Below, piece by piece: positions 9,444 through 19,560 of a DNA stretch of 64,000 nucleotides (positions are counted from its first letter, which is position 1; each line of letters opens with the position of its first letter). This DNA is from Rhodothermales bacterium (GTDB lineage Bacteria > Bacteroidota > Rhodothermia > Rhodothermales > Bin80), in the NCBI GenBank assembly GCA_965220935.1, contig OZ244857.1, positions 3,047,998 to 3,111,997 on the forward strand, given 5' to 3'. The notes beneath the pieces were generated by a model. The model was not told the origin of the DNA and did not search any database. It was given only the letters and a program-made list of their open reading frames with translations. The position numbers were made by a program, and so were the translations under genes.

Positions 9444-10136
9444 TCACCTAGATTGAATCACTTCTACTTTTGACTCTGTCCCCACCAAAACCTCGCTAGT
9501 CAAACCAACGAAAATACCATGGTCCAGAACGCCTGGAATTTCTGATAATGTTTGACTCAGCTTCAAAGGATTGGAAATCACACCAAACTCAGCGTCAATG
9601 ATCCAAAATCCAAGATCTGTGACCACAGGCCCATCCTTTTGAATTCCATCTCGGATTACTGCTTTTGCACCCATATCATGGAGTTGACGGATTATCACGG
9701 GTGCTGCTACCGGAATAACCTCAATAGGGACGGGTGCCTTCGTTCCTAACTGGTCAACCATTTTTGACTGATCCACTAGAACAACAAACCGTTTTGCTTG
9801 ACTTGCAACAAGTTTCTCTAACGTATGCGCCGCTCCTCGACCTTTGATCAAATTGAGATCGGGTGACACCTCATCTGCCCCGTCAAAAGCAATATCCAAC
9901 TGGCCTTGTATGTCTTCTAATGTACAAATAGGAATCCCGTTGCTTCGCGCTTTAATTTCGGCAGAAGTAGATGTGGGAATGCCTCTGACATGCAGATTCT
10001 CGTTACGCATCCTCTCTGCTATTGCAACGAGGGCACATGCAGTCGTTGAACCCGTTCCAAGTCCAATCGTCATGCCGTCTTCTATATAACATGCCGCTTT
10101 CTCGCCAACCCGCACCTTGGCGATATTCCGATTCAT
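9444..10136 (-). CDS. rpiA: Ribose-5-phosphate isomerase A
   Basis: It contains GLGTGSTT, DGADEV and KGRGAAHTLEK motifs. I trimmed the track ORF to the ATG at 10136, which overlaps the upstream stop as TAATG. Confidence 0.85.
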   Translation of the reverse strand: MNRNIAKVRVGEKAACYIEDGMTIGLGTGSTTACALVAIAERMRNENLHVRGIPTSTSAEIKARSNGIPICTLEDIQGQLDIAFDGADEVSPDLNLIKGRGAAHTLEKLVASQAKRFVVLVDQSKMVDQLGTKAPVPIEVIPVAAPVIIRQLHDMGAKAVIRDGIQKDGPVVTDLGFWIIDAEFGVISNPLKLSQTLSEIPGVLDHGIFVGLTSEVLVGTESKVEVIQSR

Positions 10137-11359
10137 TATTCGTGCCGTAAGGACTCTATGGGATCCAACTTTGCGGCCTTGTATGCCGGATAGACTCCAA
10201 ATGTAAGGGCAATCGCCGTGACTCCCAAGACGGCTGCAATCGCCCAAACCCACGGGAATACAAATGAAACATCAAAGAATCGGCCTGCGACATTTCCACC
10301 AAGGACCCCGATCAGAATCCCCGTGATTCCACCAATCTGACACAGAAAAATCGCTTCGTATAAAAACTGTGTCAACACATCGCGTCTGCGAGCGCCTACC
10401 GCTTTACGAACTCCAATTTCACGCGTACGCTCGGCAACCGATACCAACATGATATTCATCACCCCAATGCCTGCCGCTAACAGCGTGATGAGCCCAATGA
10501 CCGCACCACCAATCTGTACTTGCCCTGTAAAGCCTGTAATTTGATCAAGAAATGATTCAGAACTTCGAATATCAAAATTATTTTCTTCCCCAGGTTGTAC
10601 ATCGCGAACAACCCTCAGAATTCCAATGGCCTCTTCCATCACTTCATCAATATTCTCAAGCCTACGTGCCTCTACTTTGATCTCAATATCACGCATTGCA
10701 GCGCTATAAGACTGAATCATATTGGTAATCGGAACCAGCGCAAGGAGATCTATATTACTGCCGAAGACATTCCCCCTTTCCTCCATCACGCCAACAACTT
10801 GATAACGATTCCCCCCCATGATAATTGGTTTGCCTATTGGGTTGATATTCGGGAAAAGTCGTTCACTAATATCATGCCCTATAACAGCGGCATCCCGCGC
10901 AAGCTCAATATCTAACTGCATCAGGTTTCGGCCTTGGGCAATATCAAATCCGTTGGTGCTAAGCCAAAATTCATTAACACCTAATTTAGTAATCACATTT
11001 TCAGTGATGAGATCGGCATATCGCCCCTCTACAGGGCCAGTGACTTGCATTGTTGGGCTGATGGCCGAAGGTAATCTCGCCCTCTCAGCATACTCAACCA
11101 TATCATCGTAGGTAAGGTTAGGGCGAGCACGATACGTGGATCCCGAACGATTGAATTCCGCTTGCTTGGAAATCGTAAGCGTGGTAGCCCCAAATGACTC
11201 AACGGTCTCAACTAGTTTTGTTTCCATCACCTGCACGGCCGTTACAGCCACAATGATGGCAAACACGCCAATGACAATTCCCAGTAAAGTCAGAGCGGAT
11301 CGTAGCTTGTGACTACGAATGACATCCCATGCAAGGCGGACAAACTCAAGATTAATCAT
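10136..11359 (-). CDS. ABC transporter permease, MacB/FtsX family
   Basis: It has an N-terminal TM helix, a large periplasmic domain and a C-terminal FtsX module (REIGVRKAVGARRRDVLTQFL). Confidence 0.8.
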   Translation of the reverse strand: MINLEFVRLAWDVIRSHKLRSALTLLGIVIGVFAIIVAVTAVQVMETKLVETVESFGATTLTISKQAEFNRSGSTYRARPNLTYDDMVEYAERARLPSAISPTMQVTGPVEGRYADLITENVITKLGVNEFWLSTNGFDIAQGRNLMQLDIELARDAAVIGHDISERLFPNINPIGKPIIMGGNRYQVVGVMEERGNVFGSNIDLLALVPITNMIQSYSAAMRDIEIKVEARRLENIDEVMEEAIGILRVVRDVQPGEENNFDIRSSESFLDQITGFTGQVQIGGAVIGLITLLAAGIGVMNIMLVSVAERTREIGVRKAVGARRRDVLTQFLYEAIFLCQIGGITGILIGVLGGNVAGRFFDVSFVFPWVWAIAAVLGVTAIALTFGVYPAYKAAKLDPIESLRHE

Positions 11360-12600
11360 TAACTGTAACGTAGTGCGTCAATGGGGTTGAGTCGCGAAGC
11401 ATTCCATGCAGGAACAACCCCAAAGATTACCCCAACGCCAACACAGATTCCAAATGCCAGAAAAACAGTTCCTGTTGCAAATGATGCCGGAACATACTGA
11501 TTAACAATGGCCGTCACTCCCAGAGACAGTAGAATTCCCACCGCTCCAGCGGCAATACATACCAAAACGGCTTCAATTAAAAATTGAGAAAGAACTGCTC
11601 GACGACTAGCACCCACTGCTTTACGTACACCAATTTCTCGGGTACGCTCTTTGACGGTGACAAACATGATATTCATGACACCAATTCCACCAACAACCAA
11701 AGCTAGTCCTGTCAAAAATATACCAATGGTATAAGCAATCGCCTTGATATTAGAGAGCTGCTCCCGAAATGCCTCAGTCTTATTAATGGAAAAATTATCC
11801 TCCTCAAATACATCTAGCCCACGGGCTGAACGTACAATTCCTTGGAGTTCCTCTACCAGCAGGGGGACAGTTTCGGAAGATTCAGCATTCACTTTAACGG
11901 TCATACTTCGATAACGTCCAAAATGCCGCTCCAATGTTTTTAGCGGAATTTGGGCTTGCTCGTCAAACGAAATAAACCCAAAAAATTGTCCCTGCTCTTT
12001 CAAGACCCCAATCACCTCAAACCTTTGACCTCCAATCCTAACCTCCTTGCCAACAGCTCGTTCACTTGGAAATAATGACTCACTGACAGTTTTACCGATG
12101 ACGACCACATTACGGGCCACTAGATTATCTATGTCATTATACCAGCGACCTTCTGACAGTTCAGTATCATCAACGCTGATCAGCTCAGGGGTCGACCCTT
12201 GTAGAAATACCCCTGACAAACTGCGGTCACGATAACGTATGCTACGAGATGTCTGAACTAGCGGGGCAATCGCAACCGCATATCTGGATCGTTCACGGAT
12301 ATAATCGGCCAGATCTTCACGCAGATCTGGTCTAGACCACTGACGCTCCCGCTCTCTGGGTTCGGTAAACCAGTCGGTTTTTTGAACATAAACTGCGTTT
12401 GACCCGAGTAGAGCTAAGGAACTATCCATGACATTTTCCAACCCGTTGATCACCGTGATCATCGCTGTCACCGTCACAATACCGATGACGATACCCAACA
12501 TCGTCAATCCGCTTCGCAGACGATTTGTATTCAGCGACCGCAAAGCGATGTTGAAACTTTCCCAGAATTCTACAATAAATCGAATCAAACCTGCCCCCAA
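11359..12600 (-). CDS. ABC transporter permease, MacB/FtsX family (paralog)
   Basis: It has the same architecture (REIGVRKAVGASRRAVLSQFL). Its stop abuts the start of the downstream permease. Confidence 0.8.
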   Translation of the reverse strand: MGAGLIRFIVEFWESFNIALRSLNTNRLRSGLTMLGIVIGIVTVTAMITVINGLENVMDSSLALLGSNAVYVQKTDWFTEPRERERQWSRPDLREDLADYIRERSRYAVAIAPLVQTSRSIRYRDRSLSGVFLQGSTPELISVDDTELSEGRWYNDIDNLVARNVVVIGKTVSESLFPSERAVGKEVRIGGQRFEVIGVLKEQGQFFGFISFDEQAQIPLKTLERHFGRYRSMTVKVNAESSETVPLLVEELQGIVRSARGLDVFEEDNFSINKTEAFREQLSNIKAIAYTIGIFLTGLALVVGGIGVMNIMFVTVKERTREIGVRKAVGASRRAVLSQFLIEAVLVCIAAGAVGILLSLGVTAIVNQYVPASFATGTVFLAFGICVGVGVIFGVVPAWNASRLNPIDALRYS

Positions 12601-12641
12601 TTATGTTGGTCTATTATGATTACGCACAATCATCCGTACGG

Positions 12642-12720
12642 TTGCGTAGGATACCATAATCTATGACCCGTGTTGCGTAGAACCACACTAAGATTGACCC
12701 TTGCTTGACGTTTTGCGTAG
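12642..12720. promoter_or_regulatory. Three direct copies of TTGCGTAG(R)A in a divergent intergenic region
   Basis: TTGCGTAG occurs at 12642-12649, 12673-12680 and 12713-12720, between the permease operon start and the small ORF at 12754. Confidence 0.25.
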
Positions 12721-12753
12721 AATAGTAAGCTGTATTGGAAAATTCCGAAAATC

Positions 12754-12912
12754 ATGACCAAGCTGAAAATCGTTATTGAATTTTTCCGGTTTTTGAAATT
12801 CCGTAAAAAATATTGGCTTACACCTATCGTCGGGGTGTTGCTCTTATTGAGTCTCTTGATTGTTCTGACCCAAGGGTCTGCGCTTGCGCCATTTATCTAC
12901 TCTTTATTCTAA
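12754..12912 (+). CDS. DUF5989-like small membrane protein (52 aa), missing from the ORF track
   Basis: My own translation is MTKLKIVIEFFRFLKFRKKYWLTPIVGVLLLLSLLIVLTQGSALAPFIYSLF. The RKKYWL.PI....L..L.V.TQGSA.APFIY.LF pattern matches the DUF5989 family as I remember it. Confidence 0.5.
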   Translation: MTKLKIVIEFFRFLKFRKKYWLTPIVGVLLLLSLLIVLTQGSALAPFIYSLF

Positions 12913-12953
12913 TCTCTGTCTTTGCTTCTTGATCGCTATCGCTGATTAATTCA

Positions 12954-13733
12954 ATGGGCCAAGTCATTGCAATTGCAAACCAGAAAGGAGGAGTTGGCAA
13001 AACAACGACCGCTGCAAACCTTGCTGTCTCACTGGCAGTGTTGGAGCATAAGACTTTACTGATAGATTTTGACCCGCAGGGCAATTGCACATCTAGCCTC
13101 GGCTACGATACCAAAGAAATCAGGCAGTCAATCTATGAAGTCATTCTGGCACAGGTCAATCCGAATGATGTGATTCTAAACCCAGAAGATGTCCCTCTAC
13201 TTAATTTGATTCCTGCCAATATCAACCTCGTTGGTGCAGAAATTGAACTCATTAATATGCCCAATCGAGAGCGCTTATTGCTTGAGGCTCTTGACAAAAT
13301 ATCTGACACTTACCAATATATAATTATTGACTGCCCCCCCTCACTGGGACTCTTAACCGTTAATGCTCTTACGGCTGCGACTGGTGTGATTATTCCCCTA
13401 CAAGTTGAGTACTTTGCATTAGAAGGGCTTGGACTATTACTGAACACCATCAAGATCATTCGCGGCGGACTGAACCCAGATCTTCAAATTACAGGGGTTT
13501 TGTTAACCCTCTATGATTCACGCCTTCGCTTGTCCAAACAGGTTGCATCAGAGGTAAAATCCTATTTTGGTGATAAAGTATTTAATACAATTATCAAACG
13601 CAATGTAACCATCGCTGAAGCCCCTAGCTTTGGGAAACCTGTACTGCTCCATAGCGCAACGAGTACGGGCGCATTAAATTATTTAGCGCTCGCCCGTGAA
13701 TTGATACAACTCCAATCAACGACCAATTCATAG
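12954..13733 (+). CDS. parA: Chromosome partitioning ATPase ParA/Soj
   Basis: It has the deviant Walker A motif NQKGGVGKTTTAANLA and is full-length ParA-like. Confidence 0.9.
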   Translation: MGQVIAIANQKGGVGKTTTAANLAVSLAVLEHKTLLIDFDPQGNCTSSLGYDTKEIRQSIYEVILAQVNPNDVILNPEDVPLLNLIPANINLVGAEIELINMPNRERLLLEALDKISDTYQYIIIDCPPSLGLLTVNALTAATGVIIPLQVEYFALEGLGLLLNTIKIIRGGLNPDLQITGVLLTLYDSRLRLSKQVASEVKSYFGDKVFNTIIKRNVTIAEAPSFGKPVLLHSATSTGALNYLALARELIQLQSTTNS

Positions 13734-13806
13734 TGTCGAACTTCTCGTCACCGTCACACACTTGATTCTTATCTTATAGCCATTCTCCAACTTTATCCAT
13801 AGACTT

Positions 13807-14691
13807 GTGACGACACAAAAATCAGCCCTGGGTCGCGGACTTGAGGCATTATTAGGCACAGATGGCCAGCTAAGGTCCGAAGAAGATGCTCGAGCCCTTG
13901 TTGGGGGAATTTTTGAGCTTCCTGTTGATTCAATTCATCCGAATCCTTTTCAGCCTCGACAAGAATTCCAGACAGAAGCATTAGAATCACTTGCGCAATC
14001 CATTGAACAATTAGGGATTGTCCAACCCATTACTGTCCGAGCCACCAAAGGAGATCAATTTGAATTGATCAGCGGTGAAAGGCGACTCCGGGCAGCGAAG
14101 CTGGTAGGACTCAAAGCCATTCCTGCCTATATTCGACCTGCAAAGAATGCGCAAATGCTGGAAATGGCCCTAGTTGAGAATGTTCAGCGTGAAGAACTCA
14201 ATCCCATAGAGGTCGCTCTTGGCTATCAACGACTTGTTAATGAATATAATCTCTCACAGGAAGAGGTCGCAAAACGAGTTGGTAAACAACGTCCTACGAT
14301 CACAAATTTTCTCCGCCTGCTTAACCTACCCCCAACGATCCAAGTTGGACTTCGCGAGGGTTTAGTCACTTCTGGACATGCTCGCGCGCTACTCTCGCTT
14401 CCTGATGACCGAAGCAAAAATAAACTTTACTCTGAAATCAAACGAAATCAACTGAGCGTGCGTGAAACCGAGCGCCGTGTTTGGTCTCTATTGCGTGAAA
14501 CTGAAAAACCAGAGGGGCAAAAACCTGTCCCCGCGTTACATCATAAAGAGATTGAGAAAAACCTTCGAAAATATTTTGGGACAAAGGTCTCTATTCGTCA
14601 AATGTCAAAAGAATCTGGCCAAATTGTCCTTCACTATTATACCGAGGATGATCTCTCCCGTCTAGTTGACCTACTTGACGCCTCTCAATGA
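13807..14691 (+). CDS. parB: Chromosome partitioning protein ParB/Spo0J
   Basis: It has a GTG start, the N-terminal LGRGLEALL, the ParB box ISGERRLRAAKLVGL and an HTH. Confidence 0.9.
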   Translation: MTTQKSALGRGLEALLGTDGQLRSEEDARALVGGIFELPVDSIHPNPFQPRQEFQTEALESLAQSIEQLGIVQPITVRATKGDQFELISGERRLRAAKLVGLKAIPAYIRPAKNAQMLEMALVENVQREELNPIEVALGYQRLVNEYNLSQEEVAKRVGKQRPTITNFLRLLNLPPTIQVGLREGLVTSGHARALLSLPDDRSKNKLYSEIKRNQLSVRETERRVWSLLRETEKPEGQKPVPALHHKEIEKNLRKYFGTKVSIRQMSKESGQIVLHYYTEDDLSRLVDLLDASQ

Positions 14692-14694
14692 TCC

Positions 14695-15309
14695 ATGACA
14701 AAGCAATCTATACGCACAATCGTGGCCTTCAATATACTGCTGGCCATCACACTGTCAGCTAATGGGCAAACTGACACGACGATGACCTCTGATCTCCCTA
14801 AGCGAATTGACCCCAATACGGCGCTGCGTCGAGCATTACTGCCAGGTTGGGGCCAGTTGTATAATCGCCAATATTATAAGATTCCTTTCGTTTATGTTGG
14901 GATAGCTGCTTTGGCAGGCTCCGCTCTGTTAGTGAACCAACGCTATCAACTCTATAGGCATGCTTATTTGTACACTGCGAGGGTCAATTCTGACGGCCAA
15001 CCAATTTTCCCTGAGTATGAAAGTGACTATTTTGAACTTCTACGCGACTTAGATATAAGGCCTGAATCAAATTTAATGCCCGATGAAATAATTTCACGTC
15101 GCAGTCGACTGGAGCCACAGATCCGTGCACAGCGCGATGCGCTTCGCAGAAACCGAGACCTGCTGTATTTTGGAATCGTTGCGTGGTATGGATTAACAAT
15201 TATTGATGCTTACGTCAGTGCACACTTATCGGAGTTTGACGTAAGTGAGTCCTTGTCAATTGAGGTGACAGGAGGACTGCACCGTGTTGGCCTTGCATTT
15301 TCTTGGTAA
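14695..15309 (+). CDS. DUF5683 domain protein
   Basis: The LLPGWGQLYNRQYYKIPFVY motif and the position immediately after parB are both typical of Bacteroidota. Confidence 0.6.
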   Translation: MTKQSIRTIVAFNILLAITLSANGQTDTTMTSDLPKRIDPNTALRRALLPGWGQLYNRQYYKIPFVYVGIAALAGSALLVNQRYQLYRHAYLYTARVNSDGQPIFPEYESDYFELLRDLDIRPESNLMPDEIISRRSRLEPQIRAQRDALRRNRDLLYFGIVAWYGLTIIDAYVSAHLSEFDVSESLSIEVTGGLHRVGLAFSW

Positions 15310-15381
15310 TGGGGCATATCTGTGTGCGTCTATTTGAAATCGCCAATCTTTTGCCTTACTGTCTGACTGGCTTCAAATTCG

Positions 15382-16656
15382 TTGATACCTCCAATGATTG
15401 AATTAACCGACACGCTCACTTCCGACATCTCATTATTTGAAAAGACGCGGGCATTTACTGCGCCTGGTGCCTTAGTCAATGAAGCAAAAAGTTCTGGTCT
15501 CTACCCGTACTTTCGTGCGATTTCTCATAACGAAGGAACCCGAGCCTTTATTGATGGCCAAGAGCTCATCATGGCCGGGTCAAACAACTATCTCGGGTTG
15601 ACGAGTGATCCACGCGTCAAGGAGGCGGCGACTGATGCCATTGCGAAGTATGGCACGGGATGTACTGGCAGTCGATTCTTGAATGGAACGTTGGATCTTC
15701 ATCTGGAGCTGGAAGAGAAATTATCTGCATTCATGCAAAAAGATGCATGTATTCTCTTTTCTACTGGATATATGACCAACATGGGGGCTATTCAGGGGAT
15801 TACCTCTAAAAGTGATATCATTTTCTCTGACAAAGATAATCATGCATGCATTGTCGCTGGCACGCAGGTCAGTGATGCAACCTGTTGGCGCTTCCGTCAT
15901 TTTGACATGAACCACCTACGCCGGCTCCTCCAAAAAGCTGATTTAGAACACCCCGAGTCGGACAAGATCATTGTGACCGATGGTGTATTTTCAATGAGTG
16001 GGCGCATTGCTCCCGTTCCAGAATTAGTCAAACTTGCACAAGAATTTAATGCCGCCCTGATGCTTGACGATGCGCATGCCGTCGGAGTCATCGGACCGGG
16101 CGGCCGCGGATCAGCTGCCTATTTTGGACTGGGCGATCAGGTGCCTCTTACCACCGGAACTTTTTCAAAAAGTTTTGCTTCTTTGGGAGGATTTGTGACT
16201 GGAGATACAGATGTGATTGAATACATTCGCCATATGTCTAATGCGCACATCTTTAGCGCTTCGATGCCGCCGAGCACCGTTGCTACGGTCCTCAAATGTT
16301 TGGAGATCCTGCAAGAGGAACCTTGGAGATTAAATCGTTTATGGGAGATTTCCAACTACATGCGCGATGGGTTTCATAATGCGGGGTTTGATGTATGGAA
16401 CAGTGAGGCACCGATCATTCCTGTGGTGATTGGAGAAGATGAGATGATTGCCGCTTTTGAATTTTGGAATGATTTACTTGCAGAGGGTGTATTTGTCAAC
16501 CCCGTGGTTCCATGGAGGGGCGCGGTCTCTGGTGGGCTCTGTATCATGCGTACGTCCTACATGGCAACCCATACCGATGAAGATCTTGACACAATTCTTG
16601 AAGCATTCTATCGCGTGGGGCGTAAACATGGTATACTGGACAACCATGTCGCATAA
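15382..16656 (+). CDS. Alpha-oxoamine synthase family PLP enzyme (serine palmitoyltransferase / 8-amino-7-oxononanoate synthase-like)
   Basis: It has GSNNYLGL and the PLP-lysine motif GTFSKSFASLGGF. The track start is TTG, and an ATG at 15394 is an alternative start. Confidence 0.8.
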   Translation: MIPPMIELTDTLTSDISLFEKTRAFTAPGALVNEAKSSGLYPYFRAISHNEGTRAFIDGQELIMAGSNNYLGLTSDPRVKEAATDAIAKYGTGCTGSRFLNGTLDLHLELEEKLSAFMQKDACILFSTGYMTNMGAIQGITSKSDIIFSDKDNHACIVAGTQVSDATCWRFRHFDMNHLRRLLQKADLEHPESDKIIVTDGVFSMSGRIAPVPELVKLAQEFNAALMLDDAHAVGVIGPGGRGSAAYFGLGDQVPLTTGTFSKSFASLGGFVTGDTDVIEYIRHMSNAHIFSASMPPSTVATVLKCLEILQEEPWRLNRLWEISNYMRDGFHNAGFDVWNSEAPIIPVVIGEDEMIAAFEFWNDLLAEGVFVNPVVPWRGAVSGGLCIMRTSYMATHTDEDLDTILEAFYRVGRKHGILDNHVA

Positions 16657-17814
16657 ATGTCGTCCTGCGTTGTACGTCCAGTCAAATCAAAGAAGGACTT
16701 ACGGCAATTCGTACAACTTCCTTACGATCTCTATCATGGCAATCCTTTCTGGGTTCCCCCTCTCCGTGTAGATCAATTTGAGATCCTTAACCCTCGTAAG
16801 CATCCTTTTTATGAACATGGTCAAATGCAACTTTTTTTGGCCTATGATCACACTGGGCGCGCTGTAGTAGGTCGGATTGCCGCCATCATCAATGGAATGC
16901 ATTTAAAGACCCATGCTGACGGGGCTGGGTTTTTTGGATTCTTTGAAACCATTGACCACTACGAAATTGCCGAATCCCTCCTGAATGCGGCAGCTGCCTT
17001 CCTTAGGCGCGAAGGGATGCAGGTCATTCGTGGCCCAGTGAACCCATCTCTTAATGATCCATCAGGTCTTCTGGTTGACGGATTTGATCGGATACCATCA
17101 ATCATGATGGCCTATAACCCTCCTTATTACGAGGATTTTCTTCTGCGATGGGGATTTACCCGTGTGATGACGCTTTGGGCCTACTATGTTCATCGTAAGC
17201 ATGTGCTGATTGATCGTCTGAGGCGCGGGGCATCTATTGTGCATCAACGCAACCCAGATCTCTCTGTTCGTACCTTGGATCTATCCCGTTTTGATCAAGA
17301 GATTGCGACCATACGGGATATCTTCAACGATGCATGGTCTGATAACTGGGGGTTTGTTCCGTTTACTGAACGGGAGTTTCAGCATCTTGCCAAGGGGCTC
17401 AAACAGATTGTAGACCCAAGGATCTGCTTTATTATAGAGCAACATGGTACGGCTGTAGGATTCACTATTAGCCTTCCAAACATTAATCCTGCATTGCAAC
17501 GCCTTCCCGATGGACGTCTGTTTCCGTTTGGTCTTGCTAAGCTTCTGATTTTGACAAAATATGCGAGGATGTCGGAGGTACGTCTGCCGTTAATGGGAAT
17601 CCGAAAAGCCTATCAAGGGCGCGCCTATGACGTACTCGCAGTTTTAGAAACGATTGAAAGGACCTCGGATTACGGTTACTTTGCTGGCGAGTTAAGCTGG
17701 GTTTTAGATGACAATCATCTGCTAAAAAACCTATTGAATTCCATCAACGCAATTATTGATAAGGAGTACGCAATCCTTGAGGCACCCCTCGCTAAGGCCT
17801 CCAAAAAACTCTGA
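16657..17814 (+). CDS. Conserved GNAT-fold-like acyltransferase family protein of unknown function
   Basis: The N-terminus (DLRQFVQLPYDLYHGNPFWVPPL...GRIAAIINGMH..GFFGFFE) matches a widespread N-acetyltransferase-annotated family from memory. Its start abuts the stop of the upstream gene. Confidence 0.5.
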   Translation: MSSCVVRPVKSKKDLRQFVQLPYDLYHGNPFWVPPLRVDQFEILNPRKHPFYEHGQMQLFLAYDHTGRAVVGRIAAIINGMHLKTHADGAGFFGFFETIDHYEIAESLLNAAAAFLRREGMQVIRGPVNPSLNDPSGLLVDGFDRIPSIMMAYNPPYYEDFLLRWGFTRVMTLWAYYVHRKHVLIDRLRRGASIVHQRNPDLSVRTLDLSRFDQEIATIRDIFNDAWSDNWGFVPFTEREFQHLAKGLKQIVDPRICFIIEQHGTAVGFTISLPNINPALQRLPDGRLFPFGLAKLLILTKYARMSEVRLPLMGIRKAYQGRAYDVLAVLETIERTSDYGYFAGELSWVLDDNHLLKNLLNSINAIIDKEYAILEAPLAKASKKL

Positions 17815-18649
17815 CTGATATTTCGGCTACAGACGATATGTTCATTCGTGTTGAATGTGTGCAGAATAAAATCAAGGTTACTCCTTAGGTGCCGGGATAG
17901 AGCTATCAGTTTATGAGTCATGTATCGCATTTGGGTTTAAGATAATCAAAGATTGACTATTGACTACGTACAAATCGTCCAGTATACACCGAAACTCCTG
18001 CGGTTGAGATTGCTTTTAATGGGTAGACGTAAACTCCTGCTGATAGTGTAATTTCAGTTAAATGAATTTCGCGATTCCAACCTGCTGACAGATCAAGTGG
18101 TGAATGCGAGTATACCCGACGCCCAGTCAAATCAAAAACTTCAACTTCTACGCGCGCCGTCCGTGGTAAATCAACACGCAGTTTTGTGGAACGATTAAAA
18201 GGATTCGGATAGTTTGAGTGTACAACGAATTCTGTTGGTAGGGATTCAAATACCTGAGATGATACTGGAGAGACTATTTCAATAGTGAACATCAAACTAT
18301 CATAAGATCCATTTGTATCTGTAGCACGATAGATCATCTGTACGGGTGGTGTCACATGGGTTGGAGTTCCATCAATAGTGCGATTCGTTACATCAAATCG
18401 GAGTCCAGATGGAAGATCACTACTGTTAAGGAAGTATTGAATTGGAGGTGCTCCCGAGTCCAGTGCGGGTAACACCAAAGGAGCAATCGGAAGTGCACGG
18501 GGATAAGATTGGGGAGCAATCTCACTGGAAAACGAGACAGTACATGTGTTCCCACTCACATACAAAATACTGTTTAACCAATTTTGAAACTCTGGACTTG
18601 GTGGTGAACATAAACCTAAATTTGAATCAAAATGCAGATTTTTAATATT

Positions 18650-19560
18650 TTTAAGTTGTAAAAAGCTTTGAGGTAGTACACCCGTCAACTGGTTACTTGA
18701 TATCCATAAATTTCTCAAATTAGATAGGTTACCGAGTTCTGGGGGAATCTCACCCGTTAACTGATTATTTCCCAGACTTAAATGTTCCAAACTATCGAGG
18801 CTACCGAGTTCTGGGGGAATCTTACCCGTTAACTGGTTGGCGTGCAGACTTAAATTTTCCAAATTAGATAGGTTGGCGAGTTCTGGGGGAATTTCACCCG
18901 TCAACTGGTTTACGAACAGCCATAAATCATCCAAATTAGAGAGGTTACCGAGTTCAGCAGGAATCTCACCCGTTAATTGATTAGTTTGCAGCCTTAAAGT
19001 TTCCAAATTAGATAGATTACCGAGTTCAGCAGGAATCTCACCCGTTAACTGATTATTTCCCAGCCTTAAAATTCTCAAATTAGATAGGTTGCCGAGTTCT
19101 GGGGGAAATTCGCCAGTCAACTGGTTACTGTTTAGATACAACTTTTCCAACTTAGAGAGGTTACCGAGTTCAACAGGAATCTCGCCCGTCAAGTGGTTGC
19201 CGTACAGCCATAAATTTTCCAACTTAGAGAGGTTACCGAGTTCAGCAGGAATCTCGCCCGTTAACTGGTTATCATATAGACTTAACTGCCAGAACTGAGA
19301 CAGGCTTCCGAGTTCAGCAGGAATCTCACCCGTTAACTGATTATTTCCCAGACTTAAAGTTTTCAAATTAGATAGATTACCGAGTTCAGCAGGAATCTCA
19401 CCCGTTAATTGATTATAAGCCAGACTTAAAGTTTCCAAATTAGATAGGTTGCCGAGTTCAGCAGGAATCTCGCCCGTCAACTAGTTATGGTTCAGCCTTA
19501 AAGTTTCCAAATTAGATAGGTTGCCGAGTTTGGGGGGAATCTCACCAACTAGGTTGTTGT
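18650..19560 (-). repeat. About 15 tandem 72-nt (24-aa) coding repeats, leucine-rich repeats of the LGNLSNLxxLxLxxNQLTGEIPxE type
   Basis: The 72-nt periodicity is visible in the DNA (..gttaccgagttcagcaggaatctcacccgttaactg..) and in the protein. Confidence 0.85.

Noticed and set aside
9444-10253. The long form of the rpiA ORF (269 aa), and similarly the long forms of 59131..60393, 61556..62464, 28853..29455 and 46013..46714.
   Set aside because: The N-terminal extensions overlap upstream genes or precede obvious signal peptides or conserved N-termini. I chose the internal ATG starts instead.
18650-19560. Regular 72-nt periodic repeats that could be mistaken for a CRISPR array.
   Set aside because: They lie inside a long ORF and encode LRR units. 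There are no unique spacers between conserved repeats, and the whole unit varies gradually.
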